DNA of 64,000 nt from Opitutus sp. GAS368. GTDB taxonomy: Bacteria > Verrucomicrobiota > Verrucomicrobiia > Opitutales > Opitutaceae. Below the pieces are notes generated by a model. The model was given only the letters and a program-made list of their open reading frames with translations, did no database searches and was not told where the DNA came from. Where the stretch lies: assembly GCA_945869845.1 (NCBI GenBank), contig CAMBRG010000005.1:522-64521 (forward strand), read 5' to 3'. Numbering within the stretch: position 1 is the first letter of the stretch; every line of letters starts with the position of its first letter. Shown in pieces: positions 8,058 through 17,899 of the stretch. The position numbers and the translations under genes are program-made.

Positions 8058-10868
8058 CTATTTGTCGGCGGTAGGCGTCGGCGCCGGGGTCGCGATGATG
8101 TGGGCGAGCGCGTCCCTCAGCGTGTGCAACCGGGTGGGGTCCTCAATCGGCTTATGATTGGCGCTTTCGATATAGAACGTGTCGATCGCGACGCCGCGCT
8201 CGGTGCCGATGCGGGCAAAGGTGATGTCGAAGCCGTGGTCGGAAATGGTCTTTGCGAGGCGATACAGCAGACCGATCTGATCGCGCGCTTGGATTTCCAC
8301 GATGGTGCGTTCCATCGACAGCTCGTGGTAGACATCCACGGTGGGAGGAAACGAGCTGTGGAGGGCTTCGCCGTTGGAAGCGGCCTGGTAACGGGTGGAA
8401 GCGATCTTTTTAGCTTGGGCGACGATCTCCGGATAAAGGTCTTGGTTTGAAAGCAACGCGGACTCGATGGTCTTGGCAAAGGCCTCCTGGGCGAGGGCAC
8501 TTTGAACGATGCCGCGCCCGGGTTCGACGACGTAAAAGGTATCGATGGCGATGTGGTCGGTGCGGGAAATGACTTTCGCGCCGAGAATACTCAGCCCAGC
8601 GACGCTCAGGGCCCCGGCAAGTTTGTAGAAGAGTCCGGCGCGGTCCCACGTCACGACGTTCACCACCGTGAGGGAGCGATTGAGATCGTCTTTCCAGTCG
8701 ATGACCGGGCGCAGCGTCCCGACGGAATCAGTCGTCGCGATCGAGGTGAATAGTTGGTTCACCATTTGAATGTGCAGCGCGATCTCGGCTCCTTCCGTAT
8801 GCACAAAGTAGCGGTCGGGCAGGAGGCTGAAATGGGCCGTGATCTCATCATTGCTGATGCCGGGGATGCGCTGGGCGATGAGTTCCTGTTGGGTCATGAG
8901 CTTTTGGGCTTCGTGGCGGGCGGCGAGGGTGGGGCCGTGTTTCAGGCGTTCGAGCGTCGCGCGAAAAAGCGTGGTGTGCAGCGTGTCCTTGTAGCTGTTC
9001 CAAAGGTCGACCGTCGTGCCGCGCGCGTCGCAGAACGTATGGACGTAGAGCATCCGCAGGCGCTCGGGGTCGAGCACAAGCTCGGCGAAGGCGGCGGCGG
9101 TGTTGGGATCATCAACATCACGCTTCTGCCAGAATCGTGCCATCGCCAGATGATTTTTGATGACGAAGATGGCAACGGATCGGGATTCCGGGGAGAGCCC
9201 GAAGCGTTCCAGCAGGGGTTCGGCGAGCCGGACCCCGCTTTCGGCATGGCCCTGGATGCCCTCGGCTTTGCCGATGTCGTGGAGCAGGAGGATCAGATAC
9301 AGCTCGGCGGGATCGGTGACCTCGTGAAGGGTCTCACGGTATTTTAGCGTGATGGGTTCGGTGGCAGTGAAAATCCGGTCTAGCTCCCGGATGGCGTTAA
9401 GCGTGTGAACATCGGCGGTGTAGCGATGGTAATACTCGTGCTGCACGAGGCACGTGAGGGCGTCGAATTCCGGGATGAAGCGGCCGAGCACGCCGAGTTC
9501 ATGCATCAAGTTGAGGACCGGATAAACGGCGCCGACTTCCGACAGGATGGCCCGGAAGGAAACGGCGGCGTCGGGCGAGGCTGCGACGGCTGGCGTGAGA
9601 TGAGTCAGAGATTCGCGAATGAGTTCGCGCAAATGGAGGTCGAGGGCGCAGTCGAGTTGCTGGCTGTGGCGGAAGACGCGGATGAGCCGGACGGGGTCGG
9701 CGCTGAAGACCTCGGGTGATTCGGCGGCGAGTTCGCGGCCCCGCACGATGAAGCCGTCGAGGCGCTTGGCCCGGGAGAAGCGGGAAATGCGGAGGGACTC
9801 GCGGATGGAACCGGGGGCGTGGTCCGGCCCGCGGCCGATACTGAGAGCGAGGCGGCTCTCGACGAGTTTGGAAACGCGGAAAATGGTCTGCGCCGCCCGG
9901 TAATAGTCCTGCATGAAACGCTCGAGGCGGAGGAGCATATCCGGCTCGGTGTAGCCGAGATTTTCGGCGATACGCGGCTGAGTATCGAGTGCCAAGGTAT
10001 CGGTCGGCCGTGGGCTCAAGAAGTGGAGTTCGTTCCGCACCCGCAGAAGGAATTCGTAGGCGTTTTGGGCGGCCTCGATATCGGCGGGCTTTAGGTAGCT
10101 CTGCGCCGAGAGATCGGAGAGGGTCGTGATGCCCAATTTAACCCGGGCCATCCAGACGGTATTGTGAAAATCGCGCAGACCGCCCACCCCGTTTTTCACA
10201 TCGGGCTCTTGGTTGAAAACGGTGTCGGCAAACTTCGCGCGCCGGCTGGCTTGGTCGTTGAGGCGCGAGAGGATGTAGGCCTTGGGATCTTCGCTGGTGT
10301 AGAAATTCCGATAGGTCTGGGTAAACGTGTCCGCCAAGGCGGTGGAGCCGGCGATGCCGCGGGCCTCGAGCAGGGCGGTCTTGGTCTGGATTTCTTTGCG
10401 CGCTTCGACGAACACCTCGTCAAGCGTGCGGGTGGAGTGGCCCACCTTGAGCCCGCAATCCCAGAGGAGGTAAAGAATCTCTTGAGTCAGGTGTTCCTGC
10501 AGGGGTTTGGCGGCGGCGGGCTTGGTTTTGGCCGGGAAAAGAAACATGACGTCGATGTCGCTCCAAGGGGCGAGTTCACCGCGGCCATAACCGCCCAGCG
10601 CCAGTAAGGCCACCGGCATGGGCAACGGGCCGTGAGTGCGCGTGAAGGACGCGACGGCGTGATCGAACAGGGTGCGCAACAACTCGTCGATCGAAGCCGA
10701 ACGGGCGCGGGCGACGGTGAGCCCGGTGGCGCCGGCATTGTGGAGGATTCGCAGGGCCGTCAGTTCGGATTTAAGATAGGCTTTGGCGGCTGCGAGTCGC
10801 TCCGCCGCGGGCACATCTCCGGTAAAAGTGAATATCTCACGATCGGTTTCAGGAGTGCGATGCGGCAT
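8058..10868 (-). CDS. glnD: [protein-PII] uridylyltransferase / uridylyl-removing enzyme
   Basis: Nucleotidyltransferase motif GGYGRGELAPWSDIDVMFL, HD domain LLLHDIGKAEG, and two C-terminal ACT-like repeats. The ATG at 10866-10868 (MPHRTPETD...) is preferred over the TTG at 10907. Confidence 0.9.
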   Translation of the reverse strand: MPHRTPETDREIFTFTGDVPAAERLAAAKAYLKSELTALRILHNAGATGLTVARARSASIDELLRTLFDHAVASFTRTHGPLPMPVALLALGGYGRGELAPWSDIDVMFLFPAKTKPAAAKPLQEHLTQEILYLLWDCGLKVGHSTRTLDEVFVEARKEIQTKTALLEARGIAGSTALADTFTQTYRNFYTSEDPKAYILSRLNDQASRRAKFADTVFNQEPDVKNGVGGLRDFHNTVWMARVKLGITTLSDLSAQSYLKPADIEAAQNAYEFLLRVRNELHFLSPRPTDTLALDTQPRIAENLGYTEPDMLLRLERFMQDYYRAAQTIFRVSKLVESRLALSIGRGPDHAPGSIRESLRISRFSRAKRLDGFIVRGRELAAESPEVFSADPVRLIRVFRHSQQLDCALDLHLRELIRESLTHLTPAVAASPDAAVSFRAILSEVGAVYPVLNLMHELGVLGRFIPEFDALTCLVQHEYYHRYTADVHTLNAIRELDRIFTATEPITLKYRETLHEVTDPAELYLILLLHDIGKAEGIQGHAESGVRLAEPLLERFGLSPESRSVAIFVIKNHLAMARFWQKRDVDDPNTAAAFAELVLDPERLRMLYVHTFCDARGTTVDLWNSYKDTLHTTLFRATLERLKHGPTLAARHEAQKLMTQQELIAQRIPGISNDEITAHFSLLPDRYFVHTEGAEIALHIQMVNQLFTSIATTDSVGTLRPVIDWKDDLNRSLTVVNVVTWDRAGLFYKLAGALSVAGLSILGAKVISRTDHIAIDTFYVVEPGRGIVQSALAQEAFAKTIESALLSNQDLYPEIVAQAKKIASTRYQAASNGEALHSSFPPTVDVYHELSMERTIVEIQARDQIGLLYRLAKTISDHGFDITFARIGTERGVAIDTFYIESANHKPIEDPTRLHTLRDALAHIIATPAPTPTADK

Positions 10869-10993
10869 GTGACCGGTGACATTGGGCTGGAAAGTGGGCC
10901 GTCGCAAAGCGCGAAAATCAGGGCTTAAAAAAACGGCATTGCCCGGCCCGGAGGGGACCGACCTTGTAGGGGGTTCTATAACCGCACCGCACC

Positions 10994-13705
10994 ATGGCCG
11001 AAATCACCAAGAGTTACGAATCCCGGGACGTTGAGCAAAAGTGGTATGCCGCCTGGCAGCAGGCGGGCTGCTTCGCGGGCACGGTGACGCCGCATGCCCC
11101 GGCCTACAGCATCGCCATTCCTCCGCCGAATGTCACCGGCGTGCTCACGATGGGTCACGTGCTCAACAACACGATTCAGGACATGCTGATTCGCCGGGCG
11201 CGGCTTGAGGGTCGCTCCGCGATGTGGCTTCCGGGCACCGATCATGCCGGCATCGCCACGCAGACCGTGGTCGAGCGCCAGCTGCGGAAGGAAAAGAAAA
11301 CGCGGCACGATTTTGGCCGCGAAAAATTTCTCGAGAAGGTCTGGGAGTGGCGCGAGGAAAAGGGCGGCATTATCCTCGAGCAGCTTCGCCGGCTCGGTGC
11401 TTCGTGTGATTGGGATCGCACGCAGTTCACGATGGATCCGCATTATTCGCAGGCGGTGCTCGGGGTCTTCGTGCAGCTCTTCGAGCGGGGAAACATTTAC
11501 CGTGGCAAACGCATGGTGAACTGGTGTCCCGCGTCGCAGACGGCCTTATCCGACGAAGAAGTCATCATGAAGCCGGTCAACGGCCTGATCTACCGCGTGC
11601 GCTACGAGCTGACCGAGGCCCCCGGCACATTTATTGAGGTGAAAACGACCCGGCCTGAAACCATCCCGGGCGACGTCGCGATCGCGGTGCATCCGGAGGA
11701 TCCACGTTACACGGCGTTGATCGGAAAAACCGTGTGGCGCCCACTTAATCGAGCCGCAATCCCGATCATCGCGGATGCGGCGGTGGACAAGGAATTCGGT
11801 TCGGGCGCGCTCAAGATCACGCCGGCCCACGACAAAGTCGATTTCGAGGTCGGCACGCGGCACAAGCTGCCGGTGATCGACGTGCTGAACGCCGATGGGT
11901 CGCTCAACGCGCTCGCCGGTCCCGAACTCGCCGGGCTCGACCGTTTTGCCGGTCGCAAGAAAGCGGCGGAAATCCTGAAGGAGTCTGGCGCGCTGCTCGC
12001 CGAGGAAGCCTACGCCAATAACGTCGGTTACTCGGAGCGCGCCGATGTGCCGATCGAACCGCGCCTGACTTGGCAATGGTGGCTGCGCTACCCGCGGGTC
12101 GAGGAGGCGAAGACGGCGGTGCGCGACGGTCACATCAAATTTCACCCCGAGCGGTGGAGCAAAGTCTACCTGCACTGGCTTGAAAACATCCAAGATTGGT
12201 GCATCAGCCGTCAGCTTTGGTGGGGTCATCGCATCCCGGTGTGGTATCGGAAAGGCGTCGATAAAGAGTCGCTCACGGAGGCCGATTTGCGCGACACCGC
12301 CAAGGTCCACATCTCACTGGCCGGTCCGGCCGACCCGGAGAATTGGGTGCAGGAAGACGACGTGCTGGATACGTGGGCGTCATCTTGGCTCTGGCCATTC
12401 GCCACGCTCGGCTGGCCCGACAAAGACAAGATGCGCGCTGCGGGTTACGATTATTTCTATCCCACCAGCACGCTGGTGACCGGGCCGGACATCATTTTCT
12501 TCTGGGTCGCGCGCATGATTATGGCTGGGCTGGAATTCACGCATGAGGGCGAGCCGCTGGAAAAACGGATTCCATTCAAAGACGTTTATTTCACCGGAAT
12601 CATCCGCGACCAGCAGGGCCGCAAGATGTCGAAGTCGCTCGGCAATTCGCCCGACCCGCTCGATCTGATCAACACCTACGGCGCGGACGGCCTGCGCTTC
12701 GGCATTATCTCAATCGCGCCGGCGGGGCAGGACATCCGCTTCCAGGAAGACCGCATCGAAGGCGGAAAGAATTTCTGCAACAAGCTGTGGAACGCCTGCC
12801 GATTCCGGCAGATGAGCGGAGAGATGGGTGATAACTCCTCGACGCGGGCGATTTCATCGCGCCTCGACGAGACGAAGTTCGATGCCGACGACCATGCGAT
12901 CTTGGAGCGACTGTCGGTGACCACGCGCGAGGTGGGCCGCTGCTTCGCCCAATTCGAGTTCAGTGCGGCGGTGCAGGCGTTGTATGGTTTCTTCTGGAAT
13001 GATTTCTGTGACTGGTACGTCGAAGTCTCGAAGTCTAAACTCCTTTCGCCCGAGACGAAACCGAACTGTCTCGCCATCCAAGACCTCGTGCTCCGGCAGA
13101 CCCTGTTGCTCCTGCATCCGGTGATTCCGTTCATCACCGAAGAATTGTGGGCGCTGCTCGGTTACGGTGCGCCCGGCACTTTTTTGATGCGCGATGCCAG
13201 AATCGAAGACGCACCGCACGGCAGGTTGAGCATCGACCAACGTCAGGCTTCGACGGTGGCCAGTGTGAAGATGTTTGTTTCGCAAGCCCGGGCGCTGAAG
13301 GCGGAGCACAACCTCGCCAGCCGCCGCGACGTGCGTTTCCTGGTGAAGACCGGTGACGCCGCGTGGGCGGTTCTTGAGGGGAATCTCGCCAAGCTGATGC
13401 GGATGGCCGGGGCGACGGAGTTTGTCCGGCAAGAAGTGGTGGAGGGCGCGCCCGCGGTGGTGACGACGCTTGGCACGCTCTACCTCGATCTAGCCAGCAC
13501 GGTGGATGCCGCCGCCGAAAAGGTGCGTCTCACTAAGGAAATCGAGGCCATGGCCAAGCATATTGCTGGCACGGAGGCGCGGCTGGGTAACGAAGCGTTC
13601 GTCAGCAAAGCGCCTCCGGCCGTTTTGGAGGGTGCGCGCAAGCAACTCGCTGACCAGAAAGCCAAGCAAGCCGAGCTGGAGCGCCTGCGCGCGGCGCTGG
13701 GTTAA
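10994..13705 (+). CDS. valS: valine--tRNA ligase
   Basis: 903 aa. Class I signature PPPNVTGVLTMGHVLNN and the KMSKS motif (RKMSKSLGN), plus the C-terminal coiled coil typical of ValRS. Confidence 0.95.
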   Translation: MAEITKSYESRDVEQKWYAAWQQAGCFAGTVTPHAPAYSIAIPPPNVTGVLTMGHVLNNTIQDMLIRRARLEGRSAMWLPGTDHAGIATQTVVERQLRKEKKTRHDFGREKFLEKVWEWREEKGGIILEQLRRLGASCDWDRTQFTMDPHYSQAVLGVFVQLFERGNIYRGKRMVNWCPASQTALSDEEVIMKPVNGLIYRVRYELTEAPGTFIEVKTTRPETIPGDVAIAVHPEDPRYTALIGKTVWRPLNRAAIPIIADAAVDKEFGSGALKITPAHDKVDFEVGTRHKLPVIDVLNADGSLNALAGPELAGLDRFAGRKKAAEILKESGALLAEEAYANNVGYSERADVPIEPRLTWQWWLRYPRVEEAKTAVRDGHIKFHPERWSKVYLHWLENIQDWCISRQLWWGHRIPVWYRKGVDKESLTEADLRDTAKVHISLAGPADPENWVQEDDVLDTWASSWLWPFATLGWPDKDKMRAAGYDYFYPTSTLVTGPDIIFFWVARMIMAGLEFTHEGEPLEKRIPFKDVYFTGIIRDQQGRKMSKSLGNSPDPLDLINTYGADGLRFGIISIAPAGQDIRFQEDRIEGGKNFCNKLWNACRFRQMSGEMGDNSSTRAISSRLDETKFDADDHAILERLSVTTREVGRCFAQFEFSAAVQALYGFFWNDFCDWYVEVSKSKLLSPETKPNCLAIQDLVLRQTLLLLHPVIPFITEELWALLGYGAPGTFLMRDARIEDAPHGRLSIDQRQASTVASVKMFVSQARALKAEHNLASRRDVRFLVKTGDAAWAVLEGNLAKLMRMAGATEFVRQEVVEGAPAVVTTLGTLYLDLASTVDAAAEKVRLTKEIEAMAKHIAGTEARLGNEAFVSKAPPAVLEGARKQLADQKAKQAELERLRAALG

Positions 13706-13782
13706 GCGTTACCGTCGCCAAAATCGTTTCCGCCCTTGACCGAGCGGGAGTGAGGAGCAGTGTTTTCTTTCCACTGATTTGA

Positions 13783-13856
13783 TGCCTGATGGTGTAAAGG
13801 TAGCACAGGTGACTTTGACTCACCTAGTCATGGTTCGAATCCATGTCGGGCAGCCA
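13783..13856 (+). tRNA. tRNA-Gln (anticodon UUG), CCA encoded
   Basis: Hand-folded cloverleaf. Acceptor TGCCTGA/TCGGGCA, with the U1-A72 pair typical of bacterial tRNA-Gln. D stem GTGT/GCAC. Anticodon stem GGTGA/TCACC with loop CTTTGAC (anticodon at 13815-13817). T arm CATGG-TTCGAAT-CCATG. Discriminator G followed by CCA. Confidence 0.9.
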
Positions 13857-14652
13857 GTGGTAGATAAGAACTCCGCGCGAGATAAGTCAAAGTTTGTAGA
13901 TCGCTCTAATCCAGTGTTTAAAGGCGAGCTGAAGTTTGACCGGTCGTCGGGAAAGTTCGTCGTTTCATCCACGGCGGTAGACCGTCATGGATGGAATGAC
14001 GAACTTCCTTGAGGCGAGTCAAAGTGACCGGCCGGCATCTACCGGCCACTGATTTCAAGGCGCTTTGAAGCACAGGCGATGCACGGGCGCTTCTGGCAAT
14101 GGCATCGATGGCGCCGAAGTGTCTTGAAATCGGCATCTGATCCGCCATTTTGCGACTCAGAATGGCATTCATTCAGCGAATCTTTATGCCGGGCCGCGAT
14201 CACTTTTTCCTGCTTGGGCCGCGTGGCACGGGCAAGACGCTTTGGTCCACCCATCACTATCCCAAGGCGCTGCGGATTGACCTGCTCGATCCGGAGACAC
14301 TGCGGCTTTTGTCTGCCCGGCCGGAGCGGTTGACCGAATTGGTGGAGGGCAACCGGGACAAGCCCCAGGTCATCATTGATGAAGTGCAAAAACTGCCGGC
14401 CTTGTTGGAGGTCGTGCATCTGTTGATCGAGCGCAAGACCGGTCAGCAATTCATTCTGACAGGATCGAGCGCCCGTAAACTGCGCCGGCAGGGTGTCAAT
14501 CTGCTGGGCGGACGGGCGGCGCAGAAGCACTTGCATCCCTACTTGGCGGCGCAATTGGGCAAACGGTTCTCGCTTGTCAACGCTCGCGAGGAAATGACCC
14601 TGCTTTGCTCGTTCAGAATTGACCCACCCCCGCACGAACAAAAACGAGCGGG

Positions 14653-15471
14653 TTATTGGGACTTGGTGCGCAGACCTCCCTTCGGGTTGTCGGGCAGGGC
14701 GACGGCGCCAGGAAAGAGGCCGGTGAGGCGCTTTTCTTTCATGCGGTAGGAGTCGCCCTTGATGTTGATGACGGTAGCACGGTGGAGGAGACGATCGAGG
14801 GCGGCGGAGGCCATGACGGCGTCTCCGGCGAAGACGTGGCCCCAGTCGGCAAAGGCTTTGTTGGAGGTGATGATTGTGGCAGCCTGTTTTTCGTAGCGGC
14901 TGCAGATGACTTGGAAGAGTAGCGAAGCTTGGTCGTGGTCGAGGCCGAGGTAGCCGACTTCGTCGACGATCAGGAGCTTGGGCGCCGTGAGCATCTTCAG
15001 GTAGTGCGTCATGCGGTTCTGGGCGAAGGCGGTCTTCATCCGGCGGGCCAGTTCCAAGGCGGTGAGGAAGAGCAGGCGCTGGCCGCGCTCGGCACAACTC
15101 AGGCCCAGCGCGATCGCGAGATGGGTTTTACCGACGCCGGGTGGACCTTGGAAGATGACGTTCCTGCCTTCGTCAAGGAAGCGGCCGGTGCCCAATTCCT
15201 CGATCAGGGTGCGGTCGATGGAGGGCTGGAAGGTGAAGTCAAAATCGCCGAGGCGCTTTAGCCACGGCAGTCCGGAGAAGTGGATGCTCGTCTCCACGAC
15301 GCGCTGGCGGCGGGCGGCGATCTCCGGTTCGAGCAGGCGGCCGAGGAAGTGCGAGTAGGACCAGTGGCCGGCGGCGGCTTGTTGGGCGACCGAGTCGAGT
15401 TGGGCGTGAGCGGTGGCGGCGCCGATTTGCAGGAGGCCGTCCTGGGCGAGTTGTTCATAGGGGACGCTCAT
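14653..15471 (-). CDS. istB: IS21-family transposition helper ATPase IstB
   Basis: 272 aa with Walker A GPPGVGKTHLAIALG and an IstB-like C-terminus. Confidence 0.9.
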   Translation of the reverse strand: MSVPYEQLAQDGLLQIGAATAHAQLDSVAQQAAAGHWSYSHFLGRLLEPEIAARRQRVVETSIHFSGLPWLKRLGDFDFTFQPSIDRTLIEELGTGRFLDEGRNVIFQGPPGVGKTHLAIALGLSCAERGQRLLFLTALELARRMKTAFAQNRMTHYLKMLTAPKLLIVDEVGYLGLDHDQASLLFQVICSRYEKQAATIITSNKAFADWGHVFAGDAVMASAALDRLLHRATVINIKGDSYRMKEKRLTGLFPGAVALPDNPKGGLRTKSQ

Positions 15472-16685
15472 GCGGAGACCTCCGCGTAGACGGCCAGGGG
15501 TCGCACCTGCACCGCTTCGTCAAAGGTGATGTGACACCCCTTCGGCGGCGGTGGGACGAGCGTCGGCACGGAGCGCTCCCAGCGTTCGCGCACATGCGCG
15601 GGCGTTTCGATGCGTTGTCCCGCTGCGGTGGCGACGCGGTGCTCGGCGACGATGAGGTCCTTGGCGCGGATCACGATGACGTTGTCGCCGGCGTCGACGG
15701 TGACGCGGGTGCCGACCCAGCGGGCAGGCACCGAGTAATCGCTTTTTTCGTAGCGCACGAGCGCCTCGACGCCGACGGTGCGCGCGGTGCTGTGGGCGAC
15801 CTGATAGGGGTTGAGGCCGGCGCACGGGGTGAGCGTCTCTTCCAGCAGGCGCTCGCAGGGCCTTGCCTTCGTCGTGCCGTGCATGCGGACGTTGGCGACG
15901 CTGCCGAGCCAGTGGCGGCCCTGGGCGTTGAGGTCATCGAGGCCCGCGAAGGTGCGGCCGTTCAGAAAACTGTCGCGCAGATAGGACACGCTGCGCTCGA
16001 CCTTGCCCTTGGTGCGCGGCCGATACGGCCGGCAGCGTTTGACCTCGAAGCCGTGATGGCGGGTGAAGTCGAGGAAGCGCGCGTTGATGTGCTCAGGGCC
16101 GACGACGACCTGGCGCATGTTGTCGTAGAGGATCCGGCGGGGCCAGCCGCCGAAGAAGGCAAAGGCGTTTTGATGGCAGCGAATCAGGGTCGCCAGCGTC
16201 ATCGAGCGCGTGAACTCGACGTAGAGATACCGCGAGTAGCCGAGCACCATGACAAACGCGTAGACGCGGATGCTCGTGCCGTCGGGCTGCGGATACCGGC
16301 CGACCTCGGCCCAGTCGCACTGTGCCTGCTCGCCGGGCGGTGTCTCGAACCGCACGGTGAGTGCCTGGTCGGTGTGGCGCGTGGCCTTGAGCGTCTGCAG
16401 GAAGCGCCGCACGATCTGCGGTGAACCGGCGAAGCCTCGGGCAACGATCTCCGGCAAGAGCCGCACCGCCGACAAGCCATGCGCCTGCCAACGCTCCGTG
16501 AGGTAGGGCTTATAGGGGTCGAGTTTGCTGGCGCGCACCCGTGGGGCGGGCACCGGGGCACGTTTGGCCCGCAGGAGTTTGCGGACCGTGTTGCGAGAGT
16601 GGCCGGTCAACCGCGCGATCTCGCGCACGGAGTGGCCCTGTTTTTGAAGAAAACGAATGTTCATGAACTGATCCAGATTGAGCAT
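15468..16685 (-). CDS. istA: IS21-family transposase IstA
   Basis: HTH N-terminus (MLNLDQFMNIRFLQKQGHSVREIARLTGHSRNTVRK) followed by an rve/DDE core. The ATG at 16683-16685 is preferred over the upstream start at 16727. Confidence 0.9.
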   Translation of the reverse strand: MLNLDQFMNIRFLQKQGHSVREIARLTGHSRNTVRKLLRAKRAPVPAPRVRASKLDPYKPYLTERWQAHGLSAVRLLPEIVARGFAGSPQIVRRFLQTLKATRHTDQALTVRFETPPGEQAQCDWAEVGRYPQPDGTSIRVYAFVMVLGYSRYLYVEFTRSMTLATLIRCHQNAFAFFGGWPRRILYDNMRQVVVGPEHINARFLDFTRHHGFEVKRCRPYRPRTKGKVERSVSYLRDSFLNGRTFAGLDDLNAQGRHWLGSVANVRMHGTTKARPCERLLEETLTPCAGLNPYQVAHSTARTVGVEALVRYEKSDYSVPARWVGTRVTVDAGDNVIVIRAKDLIVAEHRVATAAGQRIETPAHVRERWERSVPTLVPPPPKGCHITFDEAVQVRPLAVYAEVSA

Positions 16686-17704
16686 GGGTGCCTGTGGTTG
16701 AGCGGGGTGCCGCAGGCTATCACGCAAACGCTACGATACGAACTGACGCGCGGAGGACGCTCTCACGGTGGCCGAGCCCCGAGCCGGGCTGCGCTTCGCT
16801 CCGCCCAGCTCGGGGCTCGGCCACCGCTTCTCCTCCGCTTTTACTCCCACAGGGGGTGGGTCAGTTCTAAACGAGCGTTAGTGGGTCAGTTTTACGCAAG
16901 CGTTGATATCGCTGACCGCGGCCTTGCGCCAGGGGATGCTGCCGCTGGTGTGGGCCGCCGACAACCCCGCGGAAATCTTGAGAGTCTACAACGGGCTCTA
17001 TCTTCGGGAGGAAGTGCAGATGGAGGGCCTCGTGCGCAACGTCGGATCGTTCGCGCGGTTCTTGGAGGCGATGAGTTTTTCTCACGGCAGCGTGCTCAAC
17101 CTCAGCAACGTCTCCCGCGACTGCCAAGTGAGCCGGAAGACAGTCGAAGGATACTTGGAAATATTAGAGGATTTATTGCTCGGATTCCGTTTGCCCGTTT
17201 TTGCGAAACGCGCGAAGCGGGAACTGGCGACGCACCCGAAATTTTACTATTTCGACGCCGGTGTGTTCCGGGCCAACCGGCCCAGCGGTCCCTTGGACGC
17301 GCCGCAGGAAATTGACGGTTTGGCGTTGGAGGGACTCGTCGCCCAGCACCTGCGTGCATGGTGCGACTATTCGGCGGGGAATCACCAACTGCACTACTGG
17401 CAGACCCGCTCGCAGGTGGAGGTCGATTTCGTGGTTTACGGCGACTCGGGAATTTATGCGGTGGAGGTGAAGAACTCTACGCAGGTGCGCTCCGATGACT
17501 TGCGGGCGCTTAAGAATTTTGCCGAAGACTATCCTCAAAGCCAGCGCTACCTAGTTTACAGAGGAAAAGAGCGCTTCAAACGCGACGATGTCCTCTGCCT
17601 GCCGGCTGAAGAGTTTCTGTTGGGGCTGCGACCTGGAGAGTTTCAGCCGTAAGGCGCATGCGGGTGGTCTCAGTGTGGTCTCCGACCTTTGGTTGCTTCC
17701 AGCG

Positions 17705-17899
17705 TTTGATTCGCTCCAGAAGTTCGCATCCATGGCGGTTGAAGCGAATGAAGCGAATTGACGACGAGATATTCGGTCACCAGCCCGGCATGACGGCGCC
17801 AAACTTTGACTCATCTTCGATTCTCCCTGCGAGTCTCCCTCTGAAAACGCTCGATTCGCTTCAAAAGTTCGTGGTTTGATCCATGTCGGGCAGCCAGTG
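17705..17899 (+). repeat. att-like composite repeat, copy B: ~175-bp arm plus a 19-bp exact copy of the tRNA-Gln 3' end
   Basis: 17881-17899 (CCATGTCGGGCAGCCAGTG) is identical to tRNA positions 13841-13859. The whole 195 bp is ~90% identical to 19741-19935. It contains an internal direct repeat GATTCGCTYCARAAGTTCG at 17708 and 17852. Confidence 0.85.

Larger units (their letters stand above)
14575..16908 (-). mobile_element. IS21-family insertion sequence (2334 bp), apparently intact
   Basis: Carries istA and istB joined by an ATGA overlap. Imperfect ~57-bp terminal inverted repeats (TGTCAACGCTCGCG... / ...CGCAAGCGTTGATA), each containing two TGACCC boxes. Flanked by the 5-bp direct repeat TCGCT at 14570-14574 and 16909-16913. 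Confidence 0.85.
14162..17652 (+). pseudogene. DUF4143-type AAA+ ATPase gene interrupted by an IS21-family element
   Basis: The N-terminal part (14162-14574) carries Walker A (LLGPRGTGKT) and Walker B (VIIDEVQ). The C-terminal part (16909/16914-17652) is the DUF4143-like region. Removing 14575-16913 restores one frame across the junction (...LGKRFSL|TAALRQGMLPLVW...) and gives a 383-aa product. Confidence 0.8.

Noticed and set aside
14039-15097. 352-aa minus-strand ORF spanning the tRNA-proximal region and the IS21 left end
   Set aside because: It crosses the IS boundary, overlaps istB out of frame, and is Arg/Pro-rich.
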